From Verrucomicrobiota bacterium (lineage in GTDB: Bacteria; Verrucomicrobiota; Verrucomicrobiia; Limisphaerales; CANJXF01): a DNA stretch of 64,000 nucleotides. How positions within the stretch are numbered: position 1 is the stretch's first letter; each line of letters opens with the position of its first letter. Below the pieces are notes generated by a model. That model saw only the letters and a program-made list of their open reading frames with translations, searched no databases and was not told the origin of the DNA. The DNA lies in contig JBBQRQ010000002.1 of assembly GCA_038214755.1 (NCBI GenBank), forward strand, positions 1 to 64,000. The letters are read 5' to 3'. Shown here piece by piece: positions 35,025 to 45,700 of this stretch. The position numbers and the translations under genes are program-made.

Positions 35025-37754
35025 TCAATAAATGTAAACAAATTCATTTGCGTTCAAAATCACCAAACACAAATCGGCCAGCGCGCGTGTCTCCGGTGAA
35101 ACTTCGCTCGGTCGCAGATTGTATTCGTAGTTCGACATATCCCAATCTTCCTGGAAAGCAAACGGCTCGCCGCTCAATTCTTCGACCATCGTTCGCACGA
35201 CTTCTTTCGGAAATTCAAAATCAACCGGCCTGATTTTCCGATGATGCGCGGCCAGTTGTTCAACATGTTTCAGGCAAATTTGTTTTTCGCTGGCGTTCGG
35301 AGTTCGTCCGTAAGCGAGCGCGAAAATAGTTTCAATTTGCTCGCCTCGATTGGCCGACAATTTTTCCGAACGTGCCGCCATCGAAAGTGCGGCATCGTAA
35401 GCGCATTGGCTGTTGAATAACGCGAACGCTTGCGGCGTGATCGTCGTCGCGTCGCGTCGTTCGCACGAGTTTTCCGTCGGCGCGGCGTTGAACACTTCCA
35501 ACATCGGATTCAGCAGACTCCGAATTTGAAAGGTGTAAATCGTGCGGCGATTTCGCTGCGCGCGCTTCGGCGAAGGAATGTAAGGCGGCGCGGTGCTGCC
35601 CATGATGTGGCGCGGTTGCAACGCCGCTTCCAAATTGATTTCAGGAAAAACTCCCGGCCCGCCCATTTCAAAATTCAAATCGCCGGAAACGAGCAAAATG
35701 CTGTCGCGCAATTCTTCGGCGGTCAGCCGGCGTGGAATGAAATGGGAATACAAATTTTCCTCGGGATCGTTTTTCCTGGTCAACTCTGCATCAATCGCCG
35801 TCGCGCTCTGCTGATAAACCGCCGACTTCATAATCAGCCGATGCATTTCTTTCATGCTCCATTGGTGTTCGACAAAATAATTCGCGAGCCAGTCGAGCAG
35901 TTCAGGATGCGTCGGGCGTTTGCCCATTTTTCCAAAGTTGTTGGGTGTGGCGACGATTCCTTTGCCGAAATGATATTGCCAGATGCGATTGACCATCACG
36001 CGAGCGGTCAGCGGATTTTCCGCGCTGGCAATCCACTTTGCCAATTTCAAACGGCGTCCTTCATCGGTCTGCGGAACTGTATTCCAATCGGTAGGGTTTT
36101 TTGAATCGTCGGAATTGTAAACGACACTGAGCAGACCGGGCGTGACCGCTTCCCCCGGGGATTCCAAAGCGCCGCCGACCAAAATATTTATCACCGGCGT
36201 CGCAGCTTTCTTTTCCAAACCGCCACTGGAAACGCTGAACGCCTTTGCCTGAAACCGATCGAGTTCACGCTCGTAGTATTCGATTCGTTTTTGCAGTGCT
36301 TTTTGTTGTCCTTGCTCGTTTGTGGTGAGACCGAAGTCTTTTTGCGGCCGATCTTTCTCCGGCAAATCTTTCAAATCTTTGACACCTTTTTCTTTTAAAA
36401 ATTCCTGAACAGCGATATTCCGTTTCTGCCGAATCGTCTTCAACTTTTCCTTGGTAGATTTCATCGCGACATTGACGCGCTCGATTTCTTTTGCAAAACC
36501 TTTGGTGTTTTCAGTCGGAAGAAAATCCACTTTGCGCGACTCAAATTTTGTCGGCGCGAAAATACTTTGCAGCCGGTAATAATCCTTGGTCGGTATCGGA
36601 TCAAATTTGTGGTCGTGACATTTCGCGCAGCCGGTCGTGACTCCGAGATAAGTCGCGCCGATGCTTGCCGTCACGTCATCGAGAAAAAGTTGGCGCGTCA
36701 CGGCAGCCACGCTCATCCCGGTCTGTTCCCAAGGACCCATGCGCAACATGCCGGTCGCGATAAAAAGTTCCGCGTTCTGAGTTCCGAGTTCCAAGTTAGC
36801 CAGCTCGTCCCCGGCAATTTGTTCTGCGACAAATTGGTCGTAAGGTTTATCGGAATTGAAACTGCGGATGACGTAATCGCGATAACGCCACGCATTCGGC
36901 CGTTCGTAATCGTTGGAAAATCCATCCGTGTCTGCGTAGCGAACCACGTCCAGCCAATGTCGCGCCCACTGTTCTCCGTAATGGGGCGAAGCGAGCAATC
37001 GCTCAATAACTTTGTCAAAAGCGTCAGCCGACTTGTCCGAAAGAAAATCCTCAATTTCTTTCGGCGTCGGGGGCAAGCCAGTCAGATCAAAAGTGGCGCG
37101 GCGAATCAAAGTGATTTTGTCGGCGCGGGGAGCGGGAGATAAATTTTTCTCCACAAGCTTTTCGGCAATGAAAGAGTCGATGGGATTTTGGATTGGCGAT
37201 TTTCGATTTTCGATTTTCGATTTGGAATTCGGGATGGATAAGCGATTGGCTGTTTCGGGAACTGAAACTTTTTTCACCGGTTGAAACGCCCAAATATCTT
37301 CGGGCTTGTAACTCCACTTTGGTTTCGGTGCCGCATTGGTTGGAGCGGTTGCCCAAGGCGCGCCCGCCAAAATCCACTGGCGAAAAATTTCGATTTCAGT
37401 TTGCGAGAGCGCGTTGCGATCTTTCGGCGGCATTTTGAGCTTTTTGTCCTGACGCAGAACGGCGCGAAACATCGGACTTTTTTCCGGCCGGCCGGGGACG
37501 AGCGCCGGTTTGCGACTTTCGCCGCCGTGCAACAAGCCTTCGCGAGTGCGCATATCCAGTTCGCCTTCGATATTTTTTTCGTCATCGCCGTGACAGCCGA
37601 GGCATTTGTCCTGCAAAAGCGGGCGGACTTTTTGGAGGAAAAATTCTTTGGCCTTGCCCCCGGACATCCCGGGGTCAACTTCGCCGGCCAGCAAATGGAA
37701 ATGGAACAACATTCCGAGAGCAGGTAGCGCGAACGTGGGCCAATGGAATTTCAT
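35025..37754 (-). CDS. Planctomycete cytochrome c + DUF1549 + DUF1553 protein
   Basis: CLGCH, RRATFDLTGLPP, YGEQWARHWLDVVRYADT, CAKCHDHKFDP, NPLTARVMVNRIWQ, NEFVY. Confidence 0.93.
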   Translation of the reverse strand: MKFHWPTFALPALGMLFHFHLLAGEVDPGMSGGKAKEFFLQKVRPLLQDKCLGCHGDDEKNIEGELDMRTREGLLHGGESRKPALVPGRPEKSPMFRAVLRQDKKLKMPPKDRNALSQTEIEIFRQWILAGAPWATAPTNAAPKPKWSYKPEDIWAFQPVKKVSVPETANRLSIPNSKSKIENRKSPIQNPIDSFIAEKLVEKNLSPAPRADKITLIRRATFDLTGLPPTPKEIEDFLSDKSADAFDKVIERLLASPHYGEQWARHWLDVVRYADTDGFSNDYERPNAWRYRDYVIRSFNSDKPYDQFVAEQIAGDELANLELGTQNAELFIATGMLRMGPWEQTGMSVAAVTRQLFLDDVTASIGATYLGVTTGCAKCHDHKFDPIPTKDYYRLQSIFAPTKFESRKVDFLPTENTKGFAKEIERVNVAMKSTKEKLKTIRQKRNIAVQEFLKEKGVKDLKDLPEKDRPQKDFGLTTNEQGQQKALQKRIEYYERELDRFQAKAFSVSSGGLEKKAATPVINILVGGALESPGEAVTPGLLSVVYNSDDSKNPTDWNTVPQTDEGRRLKLAKWIASAENPLTARVMVNRIWQYHFGKGIVATPNNFGKMGKRPTHPELLDWLANYFVEHQWSMKEMHRLIMKSAVYQQSATAIDAELTRKNDPEENLYSHFIPRRLTAEELRDSILLVSGDLNFEMGGPGVFPEINLEAALQPRHIMGSTAPPYIPSPKRAQRNRRTIYTFQIRSLLNPMLEVFNAAPTENSCERRDATTITPQAFALFNSQCAYDAALSMAARSEKLSANRGEQIETIFALAYGRTPNASEKQICLKHVEQLAAHHRKIRPVDFEFPKEVVRTMVEELSGEPFAFQEDWDMSNYEYNLRPSEVSPETRALADLCLVILNANEFVYIY
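36767..36797 (-). repeat. 4 x heptamer in frame in the DUF1553 gene
   Basis: gttccgc gttctga gttccga gttccaa, translated NLELGTQNAE. Confidence 0.65.
37184..37232 (-). repeat. 6-7 x heptamer GATTTTC-like in frame in the DUF1553 gene
   Basis: gattttg gattggc gattttc gattttc gattttc gatttgg, translated NSKSKIENRKSPIQN. Confidence 0.8.
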
Positions 37755-37860
37755 GAGATCCCGAAAAGTCTCACATTTGGCCGCGTTGGACAATCCAACG
37801 GTTACAAGTGTTTTGAATTTGGGGTGTGATTAAAAGTGGTGAGGCTGGATTTGGTTTTGC

Positions 37861-37985
37861 TTGGACTGCGGCGGCAGGACGCCGCTTTTCCTGCACGTTA
37901 CGCGATGGAGGAAGTGCTCAACATGAAGAACCGTCCCGGCTTTCCACAGTGCAGCCAAAGCGGGGACGTGTCCCCGCAGTCCCAA
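37861..37985. repeat. GGACTGCG-type REP doublet
   Basis: ttggactgcggcggcaggacgccgcttt ... aaagcggggacgtgtccccgcagtcccaa. Confidence 0.7.
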
Positions 37986-38117
37986 ATAAGACCGGTTCCA
38001 AGTCGAGGACGACACAGCCGCGTTCCGCCCATTTCAGATTAGGCCTCTACCCGTTCCAAAAGAGCGCGGCGAAATTATTTTGTTTGCAGAGCGGACTTGC
38101 GTCTAATCTCGCGCGGA

Positions 38118-39863
38118 ATGAAAAACCTGCTGCGCGCTCTGAAATATTTTCGGGCGGATTCGCCGCGCCTGGCGGTGGTTTTTTTGCTGATGATCGCGAG
38201 CATCGGCTTGAACGTCCTCAAGCCGTGGCCGCTGGCGATCATTGTCGATTCAGTTCTGGGCGATAAACCGTTCCCCTTTTTCAGTGGCAAAAATCCAGGC
38301 GCCAAATACGAACTGCTGCCGCTCCTGGCGCTCGCGATTTTTCTTTTGCACCTTGGACAAGGCGGACTTTTCGCCACGCAAAATTTTCTTTCGATAAAAA
38401 TCGGTTTGCGCGGGCTGACGCGAGTGCGCAATGAAATTTTCGGCAAGTTGCAAAGGCTTTCGTTGCGCTTTCATCAAGGCGCATCAGCCGGCGATTTGAT
38501 TTATCGCGCCTCGTGGGACACCTACGCTTTCCAGACTCTCTTTCAACAAGGACTAGTGACGTTCGTCACCGCATTTCTCTCGCTCATGCTGATGGTTTTT
38601 GTCATGGCTCAATTAAACGTCCGCTTGGCGCTCATCGCGTTGGCGCTGGTTCCCTTTCTCCTGCTGACGATCAAATTATTTGGAAAAAAAATGAGCGGAC
38701 GCGCGGCGGCGGCGCAACAGGCGGACAGCCGGGTCACGTCACTGGTGCAACAGAACATTGCCGCGATGCCATTGATCCAGAGCTACACGCACGAGTGGTT
38801 TGAAAAAAAACATTTTGGCGACGAGGTGTCCGTCGCGGAGCGGCGTCGGATTTCGCAACATGGTTTCGAGCTTTTGTATTGGTTGATGCTGGCCATTCTT
38901 TTCGGCGCGGGAACAACGCTGGTCGGCTGGCTGGGCGCGAAAGAAGTTTTGGCGGGACGTTTGAGTGTCGGACAGCTTTTGATTTTCATCGCGTATCTGG
39001 CGCAACTTTATGAGCCGCTCAATCAACTCTCGCATGTGGGCGCCACGGTGTCGGGCGCGGCCGCTGGAACCCGGCGTGTCTTTGAAATTTTGGACGCGAC
39101 AGAAGAAGTCAAAGACTCTGGAACCCCGAATGAGAAGTCGAAGGTCAAAGGCCAAATCGAATTTCAAAATGTTTCTTTCGGCTACGAATCCAATCGGGAA
39201 ATTTTGCACGGGATCAGTTTCACGCTGGAGGCCGGGAAATGCGCCGCGCTCATCGGACCCAGCGGGTCGGGCAAGACGACCCTGTTGAATTTACTCCCGC
39301 GCTTTTTTGATCCAACCACCGGCTCGATAAAATTGGACGGAGTTGATTTGCGAGATTTCCTTTTGAAAAATTTGCGGCAACAGATCGCGCTGGTTTTGCA
39401 ACAGCCGATTATTCTTCCCGCGACCATTGCCGAAAATATTTCGTACGGAAAACCGGGCGCAACCTTTGCCGAAATCCAACGGGCGGCGGGCCAAGCCAAC
39501 GCCGACGCCTTCATCGAATGTTTGCCGAATAAATATGAGACGGTGGTCGGCGATGGCGCGGCGCGGTTGAGCGTGGGCGAGCAACAGCGCATCAATTTGG
39601 CGCGCGCCTTTTTGAAAAATGCGCCGATCCTTCTGCTCGACGAACCGACCAGCGCGTTGGATGCGGAAAGCGAGTCGCTGATTTTGAAAAGTTTGCAGGA
39701 CTTGATGCGCGACCGAACGACGTTGCTGGTGGCCCATCGGCTCAACACCATTCGGCAAATGGACAAAATTCTAGTCCTCGAAAACGGGCGACTCTCCGAA
39801 ATGGACGCATCCGAAACACAGTCGAAAGGCGGCGATTATTTTGCGCGTCTCATGACGCGTTAA
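38118..39863 (+). CDS. ABC transporter, fused permease/ATPase (MsbA-like exporter)
   Basis: TM domain; GPSGSGKTT; LSVGEQQR; LLLDEPTSALD; AHRL. Confidence 0.95.
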   Translation: MKNLLRALKYFRADSPRLAVVFLLMIASIGLNVLKPWPLAIIVDSVLGDKPFPFFSGKNPGAKYELLPLLALAIFLLHLGQGGLFATQNFLSIKIGLRGLTRVRNEIFGKLQRLSLRFHQGASAGDLIYRASWDTYAFQTLFQQGLVTFVTAFLSLMLMVFVMAQLNVRLALIALALVPFLLLTIKLFGKKMSGRAAAAQQADSRVTSLVQQNIAAMPLIQSYTHEWFEKKHFGDEVSVAERRRISQHGFELLYWLMLAILFGAGTTLVGWLGAKEVLAGRLSVGQLLIFIAYLAQLYEPLNQLSHVGATVSGAAAGTRRVFEILDATEEVKDSGTPNEKSKVKGQIEFQNVSFGYESNREILHGISFTLEAGKCAALIGPSGSGKTTLLNLLPRFFDPTTGSIKLDGVDLRDFLLKNLRQQIALVLQQPIILPATIAENISYGKPGATFAEIQRAAGQANADAFIECLPNKYETVVGDGAARLSVGEQQRINLARAFLKNAPILLLDEPTSALDAESESLILKSLQDLMRDRTTLLVAHRLNTIRQMDKILVLENGRLSEMDASETQSKGGDYFARLMTR

Positions 39864-39962
39864 GTCGGGTGGTTTTGTCAGCGAGCGTCAATTCCTGAAA
39901 ACTGGAGCGAGGTTTTTTGTTGCTCGCACTTGGAGGGTCGTCCGCTAAATTCCGCTCCGCCA

Positions 39963-41162
39963 ATGAAAACGCCCTTTGATTCCATCGAATCCGTTATCGC
40001 CGATTTGCGCAAAGGCAAACTCGTGATCGTCGTGGATGACGCTGACCGCGAGAACGAAGGCGATTTGATTATGGCCGCGGAAAAAGTAACGCCGCAGGCC
40101 ATTAATTTTATGGCGAAATTCGGTCGAGGTTTGATTTGCGTTCCGACCACTTCCGAGCGGTTGAAACAATTGGGCATCGAGCAAATGGTCGTGCAAAACC
40201 GCGATAGTTTTAAAACCGATTTTCAAGTCAGCGTGGATGCCGCAAAAAATATTTCCACCGGAATCAGCGCGGCCGATCGCGCGCACACGATCAAAGTCAT
40301 GGCGAATCCCACAGCGGTGGCGAATGACTTGTTGCAGCCGGGTCACATCTTTCCGTTGCGCGCAAAACCGGGCGGAGTTTTGCAACGCGCCGGTCATACG
40401 GAGGCGGCGGTTGATCTGGTGCAGCTCGCCGGGTTCCGTCAGATCGGCGTGATTTGCGAGGTCATGAATGACAGCGGCGAGATGGCGCGCCTGCCCGAAC
40501 TGCGAAAATTCGCGCGACGACATTACCTGAAAATTTGTTCCATTGAAGCGCTCATCAAGTATCGCCGCACCCGCGAAAAACTGGTTGAAAAAATTGAAGT
40601 CGTAAAAATGCCGACCGACTTCGGCGATTTTGATTTGCATTTATATCGCTCGCATCTCGACGGCCAGCATCATCTCGCGTTGGTGCGCGGGGAGGTCGCT
40701 GGGAAAAAAAATGTTTTGGTGCGCGTTCACAGCGAATGTTTGACCGGCGATGTTTTTGGTTCCCGCCGCTGCGATTGTGGCCCGCAACTGCATCAAGCGA
40801 TGCGGCAAATCGCCAAGGAAGGTCGCGGTGTGATTGTTTACATGCGGCAGGAAGGTCGCGGCATCGGTCTCGCGCCAAAAATCCAAGCCTATAAATTGCA
40901 GGAAAGCGGCTACGACACCGTCGAGGCAAATCTAAAACTCGGTTACAAAATGGACCTCCGCGAATATGGCCTGGGCGCACAAATTCTCGTTGACCTCGGT
41001 TTGAAAACCATTCGCTTGCTGACGAACAATCCCAAAAAAGTTGTCGGGTTGGACGGTTATGGTTTGGAAATTGTCGAACAAGTTCCGATTCGCGTGAAAT
41101 CAAATCCGCACAACGAAAGTTATTTGAAAACAAAACGGGAAAAGTTGGGGCATTTGTTGTGA
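39963..41162 (+). CDS. ribBA: Bifunctional DHBP synthase / GTP cyclohydrolase II
   Basis: DDADRENEGD, RAGHTEA, RVHSECLTGD...RCDCG, QEGRGIGL, LLTNNP. Confidence 0.97.
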   Translation: MKTPFDSIESVIADLRKGKLVIVVDDADRENEGDLIMAAEKVTPQAINFMAKFGRGLICVPTTSERLKQLGIEQMVVQNRDSFKTDFQVSVDAAKNISTGISAADRAHTIKVMANPTAVANDLLQPGHIFPLRAKPGGVLQRAGHTEAAVDLVQLAGFRQIGVICEVMNDSGEMARLPELRKFARRHYLKICSIEALIKYRRTREKLVEKIEVVKMPTDFGDFDLHLYRSHLDGQHHLALVRGEVAGKKNVLVRVHSECLTGDVFGSRRCDCGPQLHQAMRQIAKEGRGVIVYMRQEGRGIGLAPKIQAYKLQESGYDTVEANLKLGYKMDLREYGLGAQILVDLGLKTIRLLTNNPKKVVGLDGYGLEIVEQVPIRVKSNPHNESYLKTKREKLGHLL

Positions 41163-41225
41163 AGCTAGTAATTCGTTGAAAAACGGCTCGCATCCGCCGT
41201 AACCAAAACGTAAATTAGCCGCGTT

Positions 41226-41495
41226 ATGGAAATTGATTACACCGTCCAAATCTGGCGCGAAGGGGGACAGTTTATCGCCCACGCCATGCCGCCGGATGTG
41301 GCGAGTTCCGGGCCGACCCAGCAAGCCGCGCGCACCGCGTTGGACGAGACGGTAAAACTTTTTCTCAAAACGGCGGAAGAGCACGGCACCCTGGCTGAAG
41401 TTTTGGAAGACGCAGGATACGAGCACGACGGCTCGCGCTGGCGCAGTCCAGATTGGGTTTGCTTCGAGCGTCATTCCGCGCCGATGGTGGCTTGA
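41226..41495 (+). CDS. hicB: HicB family antitoxin
   Basis: VQIWREG.QFIA....DVASSG.T...AR.AL.E...LFL. Confidence 0.8.
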   Translation: MEIDYTVQIWREGGQFIAHAMPPDVASSGPTQQAARTALDETVKLFLKTAEEHGTLAEVLEDAGYEHDGSRWRSPDWVCFERHSAPMVA

Positions 41496-41501
41496 GCGCT
41501 C

Positions 41502-41736
41502 ATGCCAAAATTCGCGCCAGTTGATTGGCGGACGCTTGAGAAAATTTTTCTGGCGACAGGTTTTCGCTTCGCACGGCAGGAAGGAAGTCACCGCTCTTAC
41601 TTGAAACAAGGCATTGCGCGTCCGGTCGTGATTCCCACCTATCGCGAAGTTCCGGTTTTCGTCATTCGTAACAATTTGAAAAACGGCCGGAATTTCCCGC
41701 TACGAATACTTCCGCCTTTTGGAGCAATGCCGTTAG
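41502..41736 (+). pseudogene. hicA: HicA family toxin with an extra A in the run at 41679-41683
   Basis: GF.FARQEGSH..Y...VVIP; removing one A restores the typical tail NLKTAGISRYEYFRLLEQCR*. Confidence 0.75.
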
Positions 41737-41745
41737 AGTTGAATC

Positions 41746-42213
41746 GTGTTAAAACCCGTCAAAACTAAAACCTCTCGCGTCAGGGGCAGCACGTTCGCCA
41801 TCGTCGCCTCGCGTTACAACGAGCGGTATGTGGATGCGATGTTGCGCGCGGCGAGAGCGGAATTTTCCCGCGCAAAAGCGAAAGTAAAAATCATCCGTGT
41901 GCCCGGAGCGTATGAAATCCCGGTGGTCGCTGCAAAATTGGCGAGTAATCCATCTCAAGAGTTATCCGGCATTATTTGCCTCGGAGTTATTTTTCGTGGG
42001 GCGACGACTCACGCTGAACACATCGGGGAAGCGGTCAGCCACGCGTTGGCGCAAATCCAAATTGATTTTCAAATTCCCATCATCCATGGAGTCTTGCTTT
42101 TGGAAAATGAACAACAAGCCAAAGTGCGTTGCCTGACCAACACCCACAATCGCGGGACGGAGGCGGCGCAAACCGCCATGGAGATGGCGCGCGTGATGAA
42201 ATCGCTGAAATAA
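41746..42213 (+). CDS. ribH: 6,7-dimethyl-8-ribityllumazine synthase
   Basis: AIVASRYN, VPGAYEIP, LGVIFRGATTH, PIIHGVL, NRG.EAA. Confidence 0.93.
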   Translation: MLKPVKTKTSRVRGSTFAIVASRYNERYVDAMLRAARAEFSRAKAKVKIIRVPGAYEIPVVAAKLASNPSQELSGIICLGVIFRGATTHAEHIGEAVSHALAQIQIDFQIPIIHGVLLLENEQQAKVRCLTNTHNRGTEAAQTAMEMARVMKSLK

Positions 42214-42421
42214 TTTCCGACGGGCAAATTCGCAAACGGCGGTCCCTTTCATATTCTGAACTAAATCGCGCGGATGGCGGCGACGGCTTGACGGAGAGAC
42301 TGTTCCTGATCGACGACAATTCCTTCAAAGCCGAGATACTTTTTTTGGAGCCGATTTGCCGTAGAATTTTACAAGCCTCCTGCTTGGTTCCCTGATGTTT
42401 TTCCGAGGCAGAACCGAGGTT

Positions 42422-42622
42422 GATCAACAGCACGCGCACCAGAAGGGCGTCATCCATCGCGACATCAAGCCCTCGAAATTCTCGTCACGGAACAGGACGG
42501 CGCGCCGACGCCCAGAATTATTGACTTCGGCATTGCCAAAGCCACGACCGACCAGCGGCTCATGGACAAAACTCTCTTCACCGCCTTCGAACAATTCATC
42601 GGCACGCCCGCTGACATGAGCC
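42422..42622 (+). pseudogene. Ser/Thr protein kinase internal fragment (frameshifted)
   Basis: QHAHQKGVIHRDIKPS / ILVTEQDG..PRIIDFGIAKA...FIGTP. Confidence 0.8.
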
Positions 42623-42779
42623 AGGCATCTCCTTGACTGGATACATCACGCCCGCCTGTCCGTAGATTTAAAGGTGATGACGCGCCAGTAATGTGGCTCC
42701 AGACGTTTTATGCTTCGAAGGCCTTTGTTGCTGAAATTTCCTGCCCGGTAACAACCTGAAACATTCTAGTTGGGCTGGC

Positions 42780-45700
42780 TCACTTTTCCCTTCCAAACAA
42801 ACCACCGATATGGGGCGCCGCTGGAGTTTCCGTGGCGGTATAGGCTTGTTTGACCAGATCGGCCAGCACTTCATCACGCTGCGAGAACTGCGGAATGGAA
42901 CTGGATTTCCACGAGTAAATCCATTCGACGACACGCTGGCCGAGGGCGCGGTAACTTTCGAACTGGGTCTCGCCAAACCATTGGTCACTGGTGGATTCAT
43001 GGGGAAATTCTTCGCTGCACCTGGAATAATTGTAGATGTCTCGCGGCTCATTTCCGAGTAACGCCGGCTTGAGGTAAATGAGCGTCCCCTTTTTTCCGTC
43101 GGTGTCAGCCGAGCCATAATCAATTTCCCCGACCGCGCAATATTTGCCGATCTTTTTTCCTTCCGCATCGGCTCGGGAAAAAATTTCAAATTTGTTGATG
43201 TCGATTTTCACTCCCAGGTCCACGCGAATTTTCCGAATAGCGTTGCCCAGGTCTTCCAGACTACAACCCGAATCACAACCGGCATCGCTGACGACGATGA
43301 GCCGGCAGCGGCGCAGGACCATTTCGTATAAGCCGAGATTTTCGAAGTGGCCGCCGTCGGAAAGATAAACATACGGATTAGTGCTATCGGTCAAGCCCAG
43401 CCCTTCTTTGACCATGTAGTGAACAGGGGAATCAGGAGAGGAATCGTGAAAGGTATCGTGGCCCATGGCGCCGGGATTGCCGAGCCACCAGCCGAGGCGC
43501 ACGTTAAAAAATGTCATGAGCAACGCCACCATCGGCGAGGAGTGGTAGCCTTGATTGGGGCTGGCCGCCGCGCCCGAAATAGCGACGGCTGTGCCGAGAG
43601 AAATCCCATGTTTGGGTTGACCGCCTTTTCCGGAATTTTGCGCGTAATGTTTGGTGAAGCGATAGCCCAGCCGAAAGTTGCCGCAATGAAGTGTGCTGGC
43701 CGTAAAGGTCTCTGCTTTGCGTTGTTGCCACGCGAGGTTTTCGCCGGTGACAAGGTTCAACGCCATGTTGACGATGTGCAGCGGCCGTTGCGGCAACGTG
43801 GGATTGATTGGATCACGCAGGTCTTGCATCGGCAAGTTATCGGCCGGGTCAAAGCCGGTAAAAGGATTTGGATCTCGCCTTGGATTGGACGCGCCCAGAT
43901 AAGCGCGCACGAGGCGATTGCGGTAAATGGCGTGGAGAGAGAATTTGTTGACGTTGATGAAACGCGAGAGTCCCCATCCAAAAAAAGCGCACACACCAAA
44001 GAACGCGCCGGTCAACCACCAGGGCGCATCACTCACCATCCACCAGAAATCTTCCGTCGGTTTGAGTTGGGAATAATTTTCCAAACCGGCCAGCCATGGA
44101 TTTAGTTTTTTCGCGGCTACGCTCAGGAGCAAACCTGTGGCGAGTGAAAGACTGGCGACCAGGGCCGCGAGTGAAAGTGGCGCAGCGAGCGTCAATGCCT
44201 TATCGAGGACGAAGGCGAACAGGTTGTCCTTGGCTTTCCGCTCTTTATTTGCCGCAGTGCCGGAACTGTGTCCGACGATCAACGTGAACAATCCGGTGAG
44301 ACTTCCGAGCGAGCCTAGAATTTTCGGCATGGCCAGCAATCCGGCCGCTCCAAATAAAACAAGCCCGCTAAACACGCTCCATCCGCCAATCGCGATGAGC
44401 AGCCAGGCGCCCATTCGCGCCCACCATTCCCGATCTTCGTCTGAAGTCACATCGCTGGAGACGCCGATGAAAATGGTCGCGGCGACCAGGAACAAACTGA
44501 GAAACACCGGCGCGGCGAAGCATCCGTAAAGCGCCAGACCAACGGCGGAATTGACCGTTCGGATATTCATCGCCGCGGCGCACCAAAGAAAAATTCCGCC
44601 GACTGCGCCCGTGATGATCGCGAGAAAAAACTCCAGCACCAGCGTGGACGCTTTGCCGCTGCGCCAGCGTTTCAAAAAAAATTCTGAGATGGACCAGCCG
44701 GTCAAATGCATGGCCGCGCCGATCCAACAATAATTATAAATTTTGGGAGGCGCCGCTGAAACGCCGGGCGCGGAGGGAGTGCCGGAGATGATTTCCAAAA
44801 ACCATTTTAACAAAAAATTTTCTGTGATAATGGGTTTTCCGCTCTGGGTCCACGCCCACGCGGTTGTGGCACAAATGGCTCCGCCGCACAACGGCAGGAG
44901 GCACCAGAGCAGAAAATCATTTTGATCGCGGCGAAAAAACCAGGGGCCGCCATTGGCTTTCAAGTCGTCTTGCACGGCGGGGCGGTTCATTGCGCTGTAG
45001 GCCATTCCCCCGGCGATCAGCAGAAACGCGAGTAAAAATCCGGAGGCGACGACCCAGGCTGGAGGAGCCAGGTTGAGCAGGGAAGCATGCACGCGCGGCA
45101 CGGCAAACAGCGCGAGTAAAATCGGGATGAAGACCAGCCAGTTCAACAGCAGGTTGCGCAAATAAATCGCAGCCAGCACCCAGGTATCCGCCGAGAACAA
45201 ACCAAGTTTGGGCGTGAGGTAATTGCTGTATTTGCGCAGATGGCTCACCGGCCCCGGTTCCGGTTCTGTGACGGACTCCGCTTTGCCGCCTTTGAGTTTT
45301 TCGAAAACGCTCTCCGCATTTCCAGCGTGATGAATCCACGAACTGAGCCAACTCCCGATGTAGCCGCCGCCCGAAACCGTCGAGAGATAATCAAAATGCC
45401 TCAGCACTCCGCGCCGGGCCAGTCCCTGGGTGACGCCGAGCGCAAACGTCGCGCTACGAATACCGCCGCCGGAAAAACAGAGCGCGGAACTGCCTTCGCC
45501 GGCGTGGATGCGGCGATAGATTTGATCCAGATAAATATCGGAATTTTTTTTGAGATATTCAGGAAATGCTTCCTCCAACAACAAACGGTTTAACCGCGCC
45601 ACCTCGGTTGGATCAAGGTCCAGCCCGGTCATGGCGATGGTTTCTTTTTTCAAACCGGCCCTGGGAAAATCTGCATGGCAATATAAACAGCCCGGAAAGT

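Noticed and set aside
39864..39962. FMN riboswitch before ribBA
   Set aside because: Leader is about 100 nt and lacks the conserved RFN motifs
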